In this document: positions 28,773 through 38,735 of the stretch, piece after piece
Layout: every line of letters starts with the position of its first letter
Position numbering within the stretch: position 1 is the first letter of the stretch
Source: an uncultured Oligoflexia bacterium
Lineage (GTDB): Bacteria; Bdellovibrionota_B; Oligoflexia; Silvanigrellales; Silvanigrellaceae
Length of the DNA: 40,178 bases
Direction of reading: 5' to 3'
Assembly: GCA_964435255.1 (NCBI GenBank)
Contig: CAYSZE010000248.1
Span: forward strand, 1 to 40,178
Position numbers and translations under genes: made by a program
The notes under the pieces: model-generated
Told to the model about the DNA's origin: nothing
The model's input: the letters and a program-made list of their open reading frames with translations, nothing else
The model's database searches: none

Positions 28773-29654
28773 ATGTCTATTCTTGTTGGAAAACAAACAA
28801 AATTAATTTGCCAAGGTATTTCTGGAAGTGCTGGTAAATTTCATTCAGAAAAATGTGCTGAATATGGTACAAATTTAGTCGGTGGAGTGGTTCCAGGTAA
28901 AGGTGGTTCTACAGTTCTCGATAAACCCGTCTTTAATACTGTAGCAGAAGCAATGCATAAAACAGGTGCTAATGCTTCTATGGTTTTTGTGCCACCTCCA
29001 TTTGCAGCTGACTCCATTCTAGAAGCTATTGATGCAGGTATTGAATTAATAGTCGCTATTACTGAAGGTATCCCTGTCTTAGATATGCTGCGAGTGAGAA
29101 AAGCTCTAAATAATGCGGGCGGAAAAACAAGATTGATTGGACCTAATTGCCCAGGTGTTATTACTCCAGGGGATAAATGCAAAATCGGAATTATGCCTGG
29201 ACACATTCATTTACCAGGAAGAATTGGCATTATAAGTAAGTCAGGGACGTTAACTTATGAAGCAGTTGGTCAAACTACTGCACTCGGAATAGGGCAGTCA
29301 ACCTGTGTTGGTATAGGCGGCGACCCCATTAACGGAACAAGTTTTATTGATGTTCTTGAAATGTTCCAAAAAGATTCAAATACTGATGCTGTTATAATGA
29401 TAGGAGAAATAGGAGGCACTCTTGAAATTGAAGCTGCTGATTGGATTAAAAGAAATATGAAAAAACCAGTCGTTGGTTTTATTGCAGGTCAAACTGCTCC
29501 TAAAGGAAAAAGGATGGGGCATGCAGGTGCTATTATTAGTGGTGGAAAGGGAACAGCTGAAGAAAAAATTGAAGCGATGAAATCTTGTGGATTACACGTC
29601 GCAATGAGTCCTGCTGATATGGGAATAACCATGAAAAAGGCTCTTGGTATATAA
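28773..29654 (+). CDS. sucD: Succinyl-CoA synthetase alpha subunit
   Basis: [21 protein letters not shown], phospho-His motif RMGHAGA. Confidence 0.97.
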   Translation: MSILVGKQTKLICQGISGSAGKFHSEKCAEYGTNLVGGVVPGKGGSTVLDKPVFNTVAEAMHKTGANASMVFVPPPFAADSILEAIDAGIELIVAITEGIPVLDMLRVRKALNNAGGKTRLIGPNCPGVITPGDKCKIGIMPGHIHLPGRIGIISKSGTLTYEAVGQTTALGIGQSTCVGIGGDPINGTSFIDVLEMFQKDSNTDAVIMIGEIGGTLEIEAADWIKRNMKKPVVGFIAGQTAPKGKRMGHAGAIISGGKGTAEEKIEAMKSCGLHVAMSPADMGITMKKALGI

Positions 29655-29673
29655 AAGAACACTATCTAACATT

Positions 29674-29716
29674 ATGCCAATAGATTTGAAACTTTCTATT
29701 TTATTGGCATTTTTTT
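29674..29716 (+). terminator. Intrinsic terminator after sucD
   Basis: ATGCCAATA...TATTGGCAT stem followed by a T run. Confidence 0.7.
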
Positions 29717-29775
29717 CTTTGCAAGTTAAAATTTATATATTAAAATAAGTTGTAAAAAGCGCGAAAGTTAAAAAC

Positions 29776-30969
29776 ATGCAAAGAGATTCTAATTTTAATT
29801 TAGTCATTTTAAATAAATATTTTCTAATGTTTTTTATTTTTATATTTACAAGTATTTTTGTCTTAATTGAAATAAAAAATGGTCGCTATTGGCAAAGTGA
29901 CTTTGAAGTGTATTATAAAGCCGCTACAAGACTTTTAAATTCTGAAGTTTTATATCGAATAATTGAAGATAATTTTTATAGATACAAATATTCGCCATCA
30001 GCAGCAATATTATTCATACCATTTGCACTAATTCCTTTTGCTTATGCAAAAATTTTATATACTTTTTTCTTATCAACACTTATTTTCTTTAGTCTTTATA
30101 TATGTAACAAACTATATATCAAAAACAGTTTTCATCCTAAAACAATAAATTTAGTTTATATCATTTGTATTTTAATTGCATTAGTAACACATTTTACAAG
30201 AGAACTACATTTAGGTCAGGCAAATATTGTAATTCTTTTTTTGTTTCTGTTATCTTTATATTTAAAAAATAAGTCTTTATTTCTCTCAGCATTTATTTTA
30301 ACATTTTCAGGTTTTATAAAACCATATTTTTTAATTTTTATATTTTATTATCTTTATAAACAAGAATTTAAATATCTAACATATATAGTAATATCTTGTA
30401 TTTTAGTTTTTATTATGCCTTTGCTGTTTTATAATATTACTGAATTAATAAATAATTACATATTATGGATTGGTGAGTTAAAAATTGAGGCTTTACGCGA
30501 AAGAAATGTATTAAGTGTAGAAAATGTTTCTATTTTTACATTTTTTGATAAAATATTTCAAAATAGCACTGCAATCGAAAAAAACATCCTACACTTAATT
30601 ATTGTAATATTTTTAAGTGCTTGTCTTTTGTTTTTTTTCTCCAATACTAGAAAAAAAATAGGTCATAATTTAAAAGAGTTTTATGATTCAGCTATTCTTA
30701 TGGGAATGATACCTCTATTAGTATCAAATGGTAAAAGTATTTATATTTTTACACTACCTTTAATTATATTAATTTCATTTAACAAAATAATATCTAGTTC
30801 TTTATCCTTAAGTATTTATTTGTTATCAATTTGTATTATAGGACTTAATGTTGGTGATTTAAATTTTATTTCAAATATTATCAGAGAATATCATTTAATG
30901 CCCTTTGGAATTCTGCTATTAATATTTTTAATACTTAAATTCATAAAAGAAGAAAAGTTTGAATATTGA
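29776..30969 (+). CDS. GT-C fold glycosyltransferase family 87 (DUF2029)
   Basis: Polytopic membrane protein with SDFEVYYKAA, YKYSPSAAILF, GQANI and IKPY. Confidence 0.8.
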   Translation: MQRDSNFNLVILNKYFLMFFIFIFTSIFVLIEIKNGRYWQSDFEVYYKAATRLLNSEVLYRIIEDNFYRYKYSPSAAILFIPFALIPFAYAKILYTFFLSTLIFFSLYICNKLYIKNSFHPKTINLVYIICILIALVTHFTRELHLGQANIVILFLFLLSLYLKNKSLFLSAFILTFSGFIKPYFLIFIFYYLYKQEFKYLTYIVISCILVFIMPLLFYNITELINNYILWIGELKIEALRERNVLSVENVSIFTFFDKIFQNSTAIEKNILHLIIVIFLSACLLFFFSNTRKKIGHNLKEFYDSAILMGMIPLLVSNGKSIYIFTLPLIILISFNKIISSSLSLSIYLLSICIIGLNVGDLNFISNIIREYHLMPFGILLLIFLILKFIKEEKFEY

Positions 30970-30995
30970 CATTGTCATTTGTTGTAAATTATAAA
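30966..30995 (+). promoter_or_regulatory. Putative sigma70 promoter for the 31041 gene
   Basis: TTGACA-N18-TATAAA; the palindrome TGACA-T-TGTCA overlaps the -35. Confidence 0.45.
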
Positions 30996-31040
30996 ACATT
31001 CTAATATAAATTAAACTTATAATTTTTTAGGGTTTGAACG

Positions 31041-31790
31041 ATGCGGCTTATATTAGTTTTCCTAACTATTTTTATTTCATCTAAAATTTATCCAATTGAA
31101 AACAGTTACATTAAAATTGGTTATTTTGATATAAAACCATTTTCATTTTATGATGAAAAAAGAAATAAAGATTCAGGTATTATTTTAGACTATCTTAAAA
31201 ATAAAATAATTGTCGTAAAAAATAAAAAAGTTATATTCCAACAGTATCCGCTTTCTAGAGTTTTGTCAGAATTAAAATTCAATAAAATAGATGCCATTGC
31301 TTTTTTAGGGAAGACACCTGAAAGAGAAAAAGAAATAATATATACTAAAACACCAATCTATTCTTCAAACAGCTATTTAATGCTTTTAAAAGATTCAGAC
31401 TTAAATGAAATAGAAGATATAGACGATTTACGCAAAGAAACTATTGGCATTGGTCAGAATGGCGCTCTTTGTAACTTCCTAAGACAAAATAGAGCAAAAC
31501 TTAACTTAGAAGAATCTTCCGCTGAAAATTACAGTTCTGTTTTAATTAATAAGTTAAAATTTAATCGGATTACAGCCGCATATAGTTACTTACCTGATTC
31601 ATTATATTATGAAGCTAAAGCAAATAACTTTTTAAATGAAATAAAAATGCTTTTGATACCTGATAATAAAATTTCTGTTTATCTCGTTTTTTCTAAAAAT
31701 TTCAATCCTAAATATTTAGAAATAATTGAAGAAAACCTAAAAAATAATAATCTAAATTACAAACCAGAATTTGAAAAAAATGAAGACTAA
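31041..31790 (+). CDS. Stand-alone solute-binding protein family 3 (amino-acid type)
   Basis: Signal peptide; KPFSF, SGIILD, PLSRVLSEL, KTPERE, YLVFSK. Confidence 0.8.
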   Translation: MRLILVFLTIFISSKIYPIENSYIKIGYFDIKPFSFYDEKRNKDSGIILDYLKNKIIVVKNKKVIFQQYPLSRVLSELKFNKIDAIAFLGKTPEREKEIIYTKTPIYSSNSYLMLLKDSDLNEIEDIDDLRKETIGIGQNGALCNFLRQNRAKLNLEESSAENYSSVLINKLKFNRITAAYSYLPDSLYYEAKANNFLNEIKMLLIPDNKISVYLVFSKNFNPKYLEIIEENLKNNNLNYKPEFEKNED

Positions 31791-33407
31791 TTAAAGTGTT
31801 TTTATTATATTATTAAATTTACTTGTTTGAAATGAACAGGGTTTTATTTCAATAACTTGTCTTAAATTTTTCTTTGTTTCAAAATTTAATTTTTCTAAAT
31901 CATTCTTATTTTCCACCAAAAAGTAATCAATCCCCCACATCTTTGCCCAATGGAAAAAACTAATAGAGTGTATATTTTTACAAAAGTCAGCAGAATCACC
32001 ATTTAGTACTCCATTAAATATCTGTCCCCCTGAATTATTAATTATTATAATAATAAAAGATAAATTTTTTCGATACTCTGTTAGCCAGAGACTTTGTAAA
32101 TCATAGAGAGAAGTTAAATCACCAAAAATGCCGATATTCAATTTATCAGTTTCTGCACTTCCTAAAAAGGTAGAAATTTGTCCATCAATACCATTTAACC
32201 CTCTAGATGCTTCTATTTGAAAAAATTTATTCTCATAAGAAGCTGCAAAATCCCAGGTCCTTATTGGCAAACTATTTCCTATATATATTTTGCTATTTTT
32301 AGGTATTTTTTTGGATAATGTATTAAAATAAGACTGTTCAGATAATTCTAAAGTAGTAAACAATTTGTTTACTTGTTCCAGAGAATTTTTACACTTAAAT
32401 AAAAGATTTTGAGCACTAGTCTCTTGTCCTCCAATATTTTTAGAAAATAAATCTATTAAAAATGAGAAAAATAACTCATAATTAATTTGTATATGTTTAG
32501 CATTAACAGCACCTGCAAAATGAGATTCAGAGATTGATAATACTTTTAAATTTATTTTTTCTTCAGCTATATCGCGCCATAATTTATGCGTTGGTGTATT
32601 GCCAATTTTTAAAACACTATCAAATTGACAATTTAACAATTCACTATCTCTCCACAAATTTTCAGCAAACATTATTTTTAGATCATTTAATTCTTCGCAT
32701 TCTCTAATATTTGATGTTGATTCAATATATACAGGCCTTTTGAACAACTGCAAAAATTTAATAATAAGATAATTATGCTTTAACTGATTTTTAGAAACAA
32801 TTACCAACATATTTTTTGAGTTGAAACAGAATTCTTTAAATATCTCTATATGTTCATTATTATATTTTAGTTGCTTAAATGGTTGTTCTTTTTTGAAATT
32901 ACTAACATCAATATTACAAATTTTATTACATTGCAAAGGAAGATCAAAACAAGGATTAATATGAATTGGTTTGTCTTTTTTATAATACGAAAGATCTATT
33001 TCATCCGTTGCTTCAATATCAATACAAGCAGTAACATATTTGCCATATATATCTTTTTGATCTGCTGTTTGTGGCGCTCCAGATCCTCTTTGTCTTTTAG
33101 GCCGATCGGCAGTTACTGCGACTAATGGCAAATCGGAGTAATAAGCTTCCATAATTGCAGGAAATAATTCCGCTACCGCCGTACCAGAAGTTACTATAAC
33201 CGCAACAGGCTGTTCTAACGCTTTTATTCTTCCCAATGCATAGAATGCCAAACTTCTTTCGTCAAAATGGCTATACACTTTTATGCCATTTATATTTAAT
33301 AAGACTTCAATTAATGGCACATTTCTTGCACCAGCACAAATGTAAAACTCTCTTACTCCCCATTCTAAAAGTTCTTTAATAATTTTATAAGAGAATTCAA
33401 AATTCAT
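31791..33407 (-). CDS. menD: SEPHCHC synthase (ThDP-dependent)
   Basis: CAGARNVPL, DERSLAFYALG, TSGTAVAE, TADRP, GNSLPIR, RGLNGIDG, GDLTSLYD...NNSGGQIF. Confidence 0.94.
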   Translation of the reverse strand: MNFEFSYKIIKELLEWGVREFYICAGARNVPLIEVLLNINGIKVYSHFDERSLAFYALGRIKALEQPVAVIVTSGTAVAELFPAIMEAYYSDLPLVAVTADRPKRQRGSGAPQTADQKDIYGKYVTACIDIEATDEIDLSYYKKDKPIHINPCFDLPLQCNKICNIDVSNFKKEQPFKQLKYNNEHIEIFKEFCFNSKNMLVIVSKNQLKHNYLIIKFLQLFKRPVYIESTSNIRECEELNDLKIMFAENLWRDSELLNCQFDSVLKIGNTPTHKLWRDIAEEKINLKVLSISESHFAGAVNAKHIQINYELFFSFLIDLFSKNIGGQETSAQNLLFKCKNSLEQVNKLFTTLELSEQSYFNTLSKKIPKNSKIYIGNSLPIRTWDFAASYENKFFQIEASRGLNGIDGQISTFLGSAETDKLNIGIFGDLTSLYDLQSLWLTEYRKNLSFIIIIINNSGGQIFNGVLNGDSADFCKNIHSISFFHWAKMWGIDYFLVENKNDLEKLNFETKKNLRQVIEIKPCSFQTSKFNNIIKTL

Positions 33408-34470
33408 GACTTAATCCCAAATTTTTAATAATAGAATTTATTTTTGAAAGGATTTCATCTAGTTCGTTTAGAAAATCACTTTCTTTTACTACACCACCAC
33501 CTGCTGTAATTTGTATATCAGTTCTATTCCACTGCATACCTCTAATTAAGCATACACATAATGAGTCATTTTTATTCAAAAGAACACCAAATGGAGCTGC
33601 AAATAATTTTCTATATTTAGAATTTAGTTTTTGTTCTTCTTGCCAAAATTGAGAATTACTTGGATAAATTCCGACTGCTGGAGTAGGGTGCAAACATTTT
33701 AGTAAACTTAAAAATTCAAATTGTGAAAATAAATGCAATATAATATCTGTTTTTAGATGCAATAAATGCGGTAGCTCAAAAACCATTGTAGGACTCATTT
33801 TTAAATGGCCAAAACTAGCCAAAGATTTATTTATCCCTTCAATAACATAATTATGTTCATTTAAAATTTTTGGATCCTTAGAAAAAACTTCTTTATTAAC
33901 ATTTTTGTCATTTTTTATTGTACCAGCTAAGGCGATAGTATGTACTAACTTTTTATTTTGTTTAAATACAAGTTCAGGTGTCGCCCCAATAAAACCTTCT
34001 TTTTCATCCCAAAAACCATATACATACGTATTATAATTTAAAGATTTATTTATTAAATTTTTTAATAAATATATTTTATTTTCATTATTAATTTCAGCTT
34101 TACCAATTAAAGAAGAAAATGGCACACCTTTATTTATTGAAGAGTCACTAATTAAATTTTTAATATATCTAAATTGATTTTCATAATTATCTTGCAAAAA
34201 ACAATCCCAATTAATTTTAGGGGAATTATCATTATAATCACTAATTATTTCCAAAAAATATTTTGTAGTAAATTCAAAAAATTTTTTACCTTTATAAAAA
34301 CACTTTTGTCTTGAAAAATAAAAATCGTTAAAATAAAAATATGGATATTCTAAATTTTCACTATCAGAATGCTTTGTTATCGAATCATAAACACACCAAA
34401 TTTTATTCTCAATAGGTGAAGTAATAAATATTCCAGACTCTAAAAAATTATTTAGATTAAAAATTTCCAT
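33397..34470 (-). CDS. menF: Isochorismate synthase (short MenF)
   Basis: GATPE, ALAGT, EHNYV, LHPTPAV, IRG, AGGGVV. Overlaps the menD start. Confidence 0.87.
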   Translation of the reverse strand: MEIFNLNNFLESGIFITSPIENKIWCVYDSITKHSDSENLEYPYFYFNDFYFSRQKCFYKGKKFFEFTTKYFLEIISDYNDNSPKINWDCFLQDNYENQFRYIKNLISDSSINKGVPFSSLIGKAEINNENKIYLLKNLINKSLNYNTYVYGFWDEKEGFIGATPELVFKQNKKLVHTIALAGTIKNDKNVNKEVFSKDPKILNEHNYVIEGINKSLASFGHLKMSPTMVFELPHLLHLKTDIILHLFSQFEFLSLLKCLHPTPAVGIYPSNSQFWQEEQKLNSKYRKLFAAPFGVLLNKNDSLCVCLIRGMQWNRTDIQITAGGGVVKESDFLNELDEILSKINSIIKNLGLSHEF

Positions 34471-34482
34471 TATTATCCCTTT

Positions 34483-35469
34483 TTAGGCATTTCTATTATT
34501 CAATAAAAAGCATAAATTTTGAAAATCACTAGGATAAGGTGCTTCAAAACTCATATCATTTCCACTCCGAGGATGTTTAAAACCTAAATGCATTGCATGA
34601 AGCATTTGCCGTGGAGCATTTTTGGAAATTAAGGCATATAATTCTTTATCATTTTTTAATTTTTCTGGAATCTTAGTATATAAAATATCTCCAATAATTC
34701 CATTACCGATATATGACAATTGAACCCTTATCTGATGCGTTCTTCCAGTGTGTAATGTACAAGAGACTAAAGAAACAAAACCATTGGTATATTCAGAAAT
34801 TAAGGAGTAATTTAAAATTGCTTTTTTCCCAATACCTTCATTTTGTATAGCAAATTTTAAGCGATTTTTAGGATCTCTACCATGCCAAGTTGATATTTCA
34901 CCTGAAGCAGCAGGTAATTTCCCATAAATAAGTGCATGGTAAATACGGACTTGTGAATGATCAGCAAATTGCTTAGATAAATTTGTCAGAGCTAATTGTG
35001 ATTTTGCAACAACCATAACCCCGCTGGTATCACGATCAAGCCGATGAACAATACCTGCCCGAACAGGGCCACCTAAAGAAGGTAATGTTGACCCCGTATA
35101 TCCCAATATTGCATTGACAAGAGTACCTGAAGTCACTCCTGCTCCTGGATGGACAACCATACCTGCTGGTTTATTTATGACGATAAGATCTTCATCTTCA
35201 TAAATAATCGTCAGAGGGATATCTTCACCAACGGGTTCATTATTTAACTCATTTAAAAAAGAAATATCTATCTCAATTATTTGAGTTTTTTTTAATTTAT
35301 AGGATGCTTTCGGATATTTTCCATCAACTTTGACTTTATTTTGGTCTATCAATTTTGCGGCGAAAGAACGGCTCGGAATAACATCAAACATTCTTGTTAT
35401 GAATGAATCAAGACGTTCGGATTGAAATTCTTCAGCAACCTGTATTCTTACAACATTGTTTTCTTGCAT
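34483..35469 (-). CDS. rluD: 23S rRNA pseudouridine synthase, RluD type (S4 + catalytic domain)
   Basis: ERLD S4 domain, NKPAGMVVHP, GIVHRLDRDTSG, TGRTHQIRV. Confidence 0.92.
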   Translation of the reverse strand: MQENNVVRIQVAEEFQSERLDSFITRMFDVIPSRSFAAKLIDQNKVKVDGKYPKASYKLKKTQIIEIDISFLNELNNEPVGEDIPLTIIYEDEDLIVINKPAGMVVHPGAGVTSGTLVNAILGYTGSTLPSLGGPVRAGIVHRLDRDTSGVMVVAKSQLALTNLSKQFADHSQVRIYHALIYGKLPAASGEISTWHGRDPKNRLKFAIQNEGIGKKAILNYSLISEYTNGFVSLVSCTLHTGRTHQIRVQLSYIGNGIIGDILYTKIPEKLKNDKELYALISKNAPRQMLHAMHLGFKHPRSGNDMSFEAPYPSDFQNLCFLLNNRNA

Positions 35470-35504
35470 ATAGCGCCAACCTATTCAGAATTAGGTTGAC
35501 TGAA

Positions 35505-36266
35505 TCACTTCTTTTTAATCAACCTTTTTCTATCTCTATATATTTCCATCAGAGCTTCAACAAGATGTTTTTTATCAATACCAAGATAATTAAGATAAGA
35601 ATTGAAAAAACCTTTGGTATAAACTTCGGCTGGTAAATCTTCAAAATGATCGGACTCGATAGCATCTAAATAACTTTTGCTAACTTTAATTTTTAAAGAC
35701 ATTTCATCAATACTAACTGACATTTTCTCTCTAATTTTTTTTAAAATAGCTCCATTAATTTTTTCAGTATCCTGTAGCATTTTATCAATATTATTTAATA
35801 ATTCTAAATTATTAGTAGCTTCAGCTTTCATACGCCTAGGGCCTACTTTAGCATTCATAATGTTTTCGACAGGTCGTGTGATAATAGGTCTTATATTTTG
35901 TTTTGCCTTGTTGCTAATAATTGGTTTATAAACTGGTTTGTATTCATCTTCATCAGCAATAGGGATTGGTTTAGGAAATTCTAGCTTTTTAACTGGATTT
36001 GTATTGGATTTTGGTAAAAAAGCAGCTGAAATAACCACTTCTTCTTGATCTTGCAAAGAATCGTCATCTAAGTAGTTTACTAATTCTTGAAAAGCTTTTT
36101 CAATTTCATCAAATAATATCTGACTGTTCTGAGAATTTGTATTTTCTAAATCAGATAATTGTTGCCTTTTAATTCTATAAGCTTCTTCAATTTTATTTAA
36201 AGAAATTTCTCCGTCTTGTAATCCTAAAACCTCAAAAGGATTTTTTCTTTTGTATTGTATTTCCAT
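35505..36266 (-). CDS. Soluble protein with an N-terminal DnaJ-like helical domain and a C-terminal RodZ-type HTH
   Basis: NPFEVLGL...IEEAYR...IEKAFQEL with no HPD; GAILKKIRE...LDAIESD..EDLPAEVYTKGFFNSYLNYLGID. Confidence 0.8.
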   Translation of the reverse strand: MEIQYKRKNPFEVLGLQDGEISLNKIEEAYRIKRQQLSDLENTNSQNSQILFDEIEKAFQELVNYLDDDSLQDQEEVVISAAFLPKSNTNPVKKLEFPKPIPIADEDEYKPVYKPIISNKAKQNIRPIITRPVENIMNAKVGPRRMKAEATNNLELLNNIDKMLQDTEKINGAILKKIREKMSVSIDEMSLKIKVSKSYLDAIESDHFEDLPAEVYTKGFFNSYLNYLGIDKKHLVEALMEIYRDRKRLIKKK

Positions 36267-36269
36267 ATT

Positions 36270-37475
36270 TTAACCAGCTTTTTCTTCATTATCTTTACTT
36301 TGATTTTGCATAAACATTTTAATAATTCTATCCGTAATATGATTTATATTTACTGCTATGGTTGAAAGAGGGTAGTCGATGATAAGCGGTCTTCTAACCC
36401 TAACAGACTTCCACACTGCATCATCATATCTCGTTGAACCTAAAAATTTTGATGAAAAACCAAAATACTTATTACAAATAATGGACATTGATTCACCCAA
36501 ATCACGATCTTCCTTCGTTCTTACTTGATTCATTATAATACCAATATTTGTAGCTTCAATCATATCCTTAATTTGTTTTCCGACTTCTCTGTGCTTTTGC
36601 GCAAAATTTATAATTTGTGAGAATGGAGTTTCAGAATTTTTAGGATTCGAAATTTTCTTCAATAGTTCACTTTCAACTTCTTCTTCTATTTCAAATGCCT
36701 TGCAAATACTTTGTATTTTTCGGTATAAGACACTTTTCATAAAAACATATGCATTTTCAATACTCGTAGGTTCTGGTGCAACTACCAGTATTCCACCATG
36801 GGAGAAAATAAAAAAATCTAATGTATGAATATGCGTCCCTGCTCCTAAATCAAGAAAAACATAATCAGCATCTAATTCTTGTAATTTTGAAATTAATTTT
36901 ATTTTTTGTGAACTTTGTGGCTTAATTTGTTGCCAAAATTCTTGCCCACCACCATACAATGTTAAATTTGGTAGACAACATGAAATTCCTGTTTCTTCAA
37001 GGGTGGAAACATTTCCGTGAATAAAGTCTGATATTCCTTTTTGTGGTGTAGGAACACCTAAACATGTATGTAGATTTGCAGCCCCTAAGTCTAAATCAAC
37101 AACCGAAACTTTAAATCCTAGTGTAGCTAAACGAACACAAATATTAGCTGATAAAAAACTTTTACCTATTCCGCCTTTACCTCCACCAATAGAAATAATT
37201 TGCGGTGAATGATTAGAAACAGTAGCCATTTTTTTATCTTTTTCTGCAGCTCTTTCTGAATTTAATTCTAAATTATCTTTATTGATGTTTATATAACTTT
37301 TTTCATTTTTATTACTATTATTAGATAGTGCGCTCTCTTTACTTGAATTACCAGTAGAGGATTCACTTTCTGTTCCTTTATTGGTATTATAATAGGCTCT
37401 GATAATTCGTTCAGTAAAGTCTGTGGAATCTTTGCTATTTGGCTTAAAAATCCCTTTTGTCACCGTCTTTAGCAT
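36270..37475 (-). CDS. MinD/FlhG-family P-loop ATPase with an N-terminal low-complexity extension
   Basis: Deviant Walker A GGKGGIGKS, DLDLGAANLH, DLGAG, PEPTSIENAY. Start is 37475 or 37493. Confidence 0.88.
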   Translation of the reverse strand: MLKTVTKGIFKPNSKDSTDFTERIIRAYYNTNKGTESESSTGNSSKESALSNNSNKNEKSYININKDNLELNSERAAEKDKKMATVSNHSPQIISIGGGKGGIGKSFLSANICVRLATLGFKVSVVDLDLGAANLHTCLGVPTPQKGISDFIHGNVSTLEETGISCCLPNLTLYGGGQEFWQQIKPQSSQKIKLISKLQELDADYVFLDLGAGTHIHTLDFFIFSHGGILVVAPEPTSIENAYVFMKSVLYRKIQSICKAFEIEEEVESELLKKISNPKNSETPFSQIINFAQKHREVGKQIKDMIEATNIGIIMNQVRTKEDRDLGESMSIICNKYFGFSSKFLGSTRYDDAVWKSVRVRRPLIIDYPLSTIAVNINHITDRIIKMFMQNQSKDNEEKAG

Positions 37476-37605
37476 GTCACTCTCACCCTGCATTATTATG
37501 AAATTTTTTATATTATCGAATATTTATGAATTTTTTAGAAGATAAAATTTGCAGGGCTGATTTTGCATTGGCTAATAAGGTAATTTTTTATAAGTAAAAA
37601 AATTA

Positions 37606-38055
37606 TCATTTCTTTTCATGAGATTTTTCTAACTTTGGTCCACCTGGGGCATAATTCCCGTTTTGATCTATTTCTCTTAAAACTCTTATACCTTCATTTT
37701 TGTGGAAAAAGTCTCTTCCACTCAATTCTGCTAAAGTTATTACAAAAAATAACAACATAAATAGTACCGCAGATCCAAAGACAAAAGAGTAAAACTTATC
37801 TTCATGTATGAGTTCCATGAAAAAAACTGCTACTAAGATTGTTTGAACTAAAGAAACAAAAAGAATTGATGCTAATTTCCAAATACCTGGTATTGGTAAA
37901 AAAGATATACCAACATTAACAAAAATCATTATCAGTAAAATAACAAAAATTGCTACGTATAATTTTACAGGCAATAATCCATGTCCACCGTTATTGGCTC
38001 CTGAACTATTTCCTGAATTACTTTTCGAAGTAAAATTTTTAAAGTTTTTAAACAT
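37606..38055 (-). CDS. ctaF: Cytochrome c oxidase subunit IV (prokaryotic)
   Basis: 3 TM segments, LVAVFFMEL motif, directly after subunit III. Confidence 0.75.
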   Translation of the reverse strand: MFKNFKNFTSKSNSGNSSGANNGGHGLLPVKLYVAIFVILLIMIFVNVGISFLPIPGIWKLASILFVSLVQTILVAVFFMELIHEDKFYSFVFGSAVLFMLLFFVITLAELSGRDFFHKNEGIRVLREIDQNGNYAPGGPKLEKSHEKK

Positions 38056-38072
38056 TTTTCACCCCTATTCTT

Positions 38073-38732
38073 TTACTTCGCAAGATAAAGTAATGGAAAT
38101 AAAAAGATCCAGACAATATCAACTAGGTGCCAAAATAAACTTGTATTCTCTAAAGAAACATAATTCTCTGAATTGAATTCACCTCTCGCAGCTCTTACAA
38201 GCATCCAGGTCATCAATCCTAAACCGACTACAATATGCAGACCATGCATTCCCGTCATAACGTAGTAAAGCCCAAAAAAGATGTGCGCCAAAGGATCTTG
38301 TATTTCTGCTTCTGCTATTGGATGAAAAAACTTTCCAGGATAATACCCTTCATGAAAATGCATGCCCCATTCACTAGCTTTTATCACTAAAAATAAAAAT
38401 CCACAGATCATTGTTGCTACTAGAAATTTTATTGTGCCACTTCGATTGTTCGAACGTGCGGAGCGCACAGATAAACTCATCGTAAGAGAACTTACCAACA
38501 AAATAACACTATTTATCCCACCTAACCGCCAATCCATGGAAGATTGTGCTTCAGCCATCATATTTGGGTACATGTAACGAACAAAACCATATGCGCAAAA
38601 TAAACCTGAGAAAAATAGGAGCTCCTGCGCCATAAAAACCCACATTCCTAATTTTCCAGCAGAAGTTTGCTGTTCCATAGTCTTAAAATGATGGGCTTGA
38701 TATTTTGGGTGCGCAGAATGATGATCAGTCAT
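38073..38732 (-). CDS. ctaE: Cytochrome c oxidase subunit III
   Basis: GMWVFMAQELLFF, MTGMHGLH, FWHLVDIVWIFLFPLLY. Confidence 0.95.
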   Translation of the reverse strand: MTDHHSAHPKYQAHHFKTMEQQTSAGKLGMWVFMAQELLFFSGLFCAYGFVRYMYPNMMAEAQSSMDWRLGGINSVILLVSSLTMSLSVRSARSNNRSGTIKFLVATMICGFLFLVIKASEWGMHFHEGYYPGKFFHPIAEAEIQDPLAHIFFGLYYVMTGMHGLHIVVGLGLMTWMLVRAARGEFNSENYVSLENTSLFWHLVDIVWIFLFPLLYLAK

Positions 38733-38735
38733 AAT

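Noticed and set aside
36270-37493. Calling the ATPase flhG or minD
   Set aside because: No flhF/fliA or minC/minE neighbours, and it carries an atypical insert and extension, so only the family is supported.
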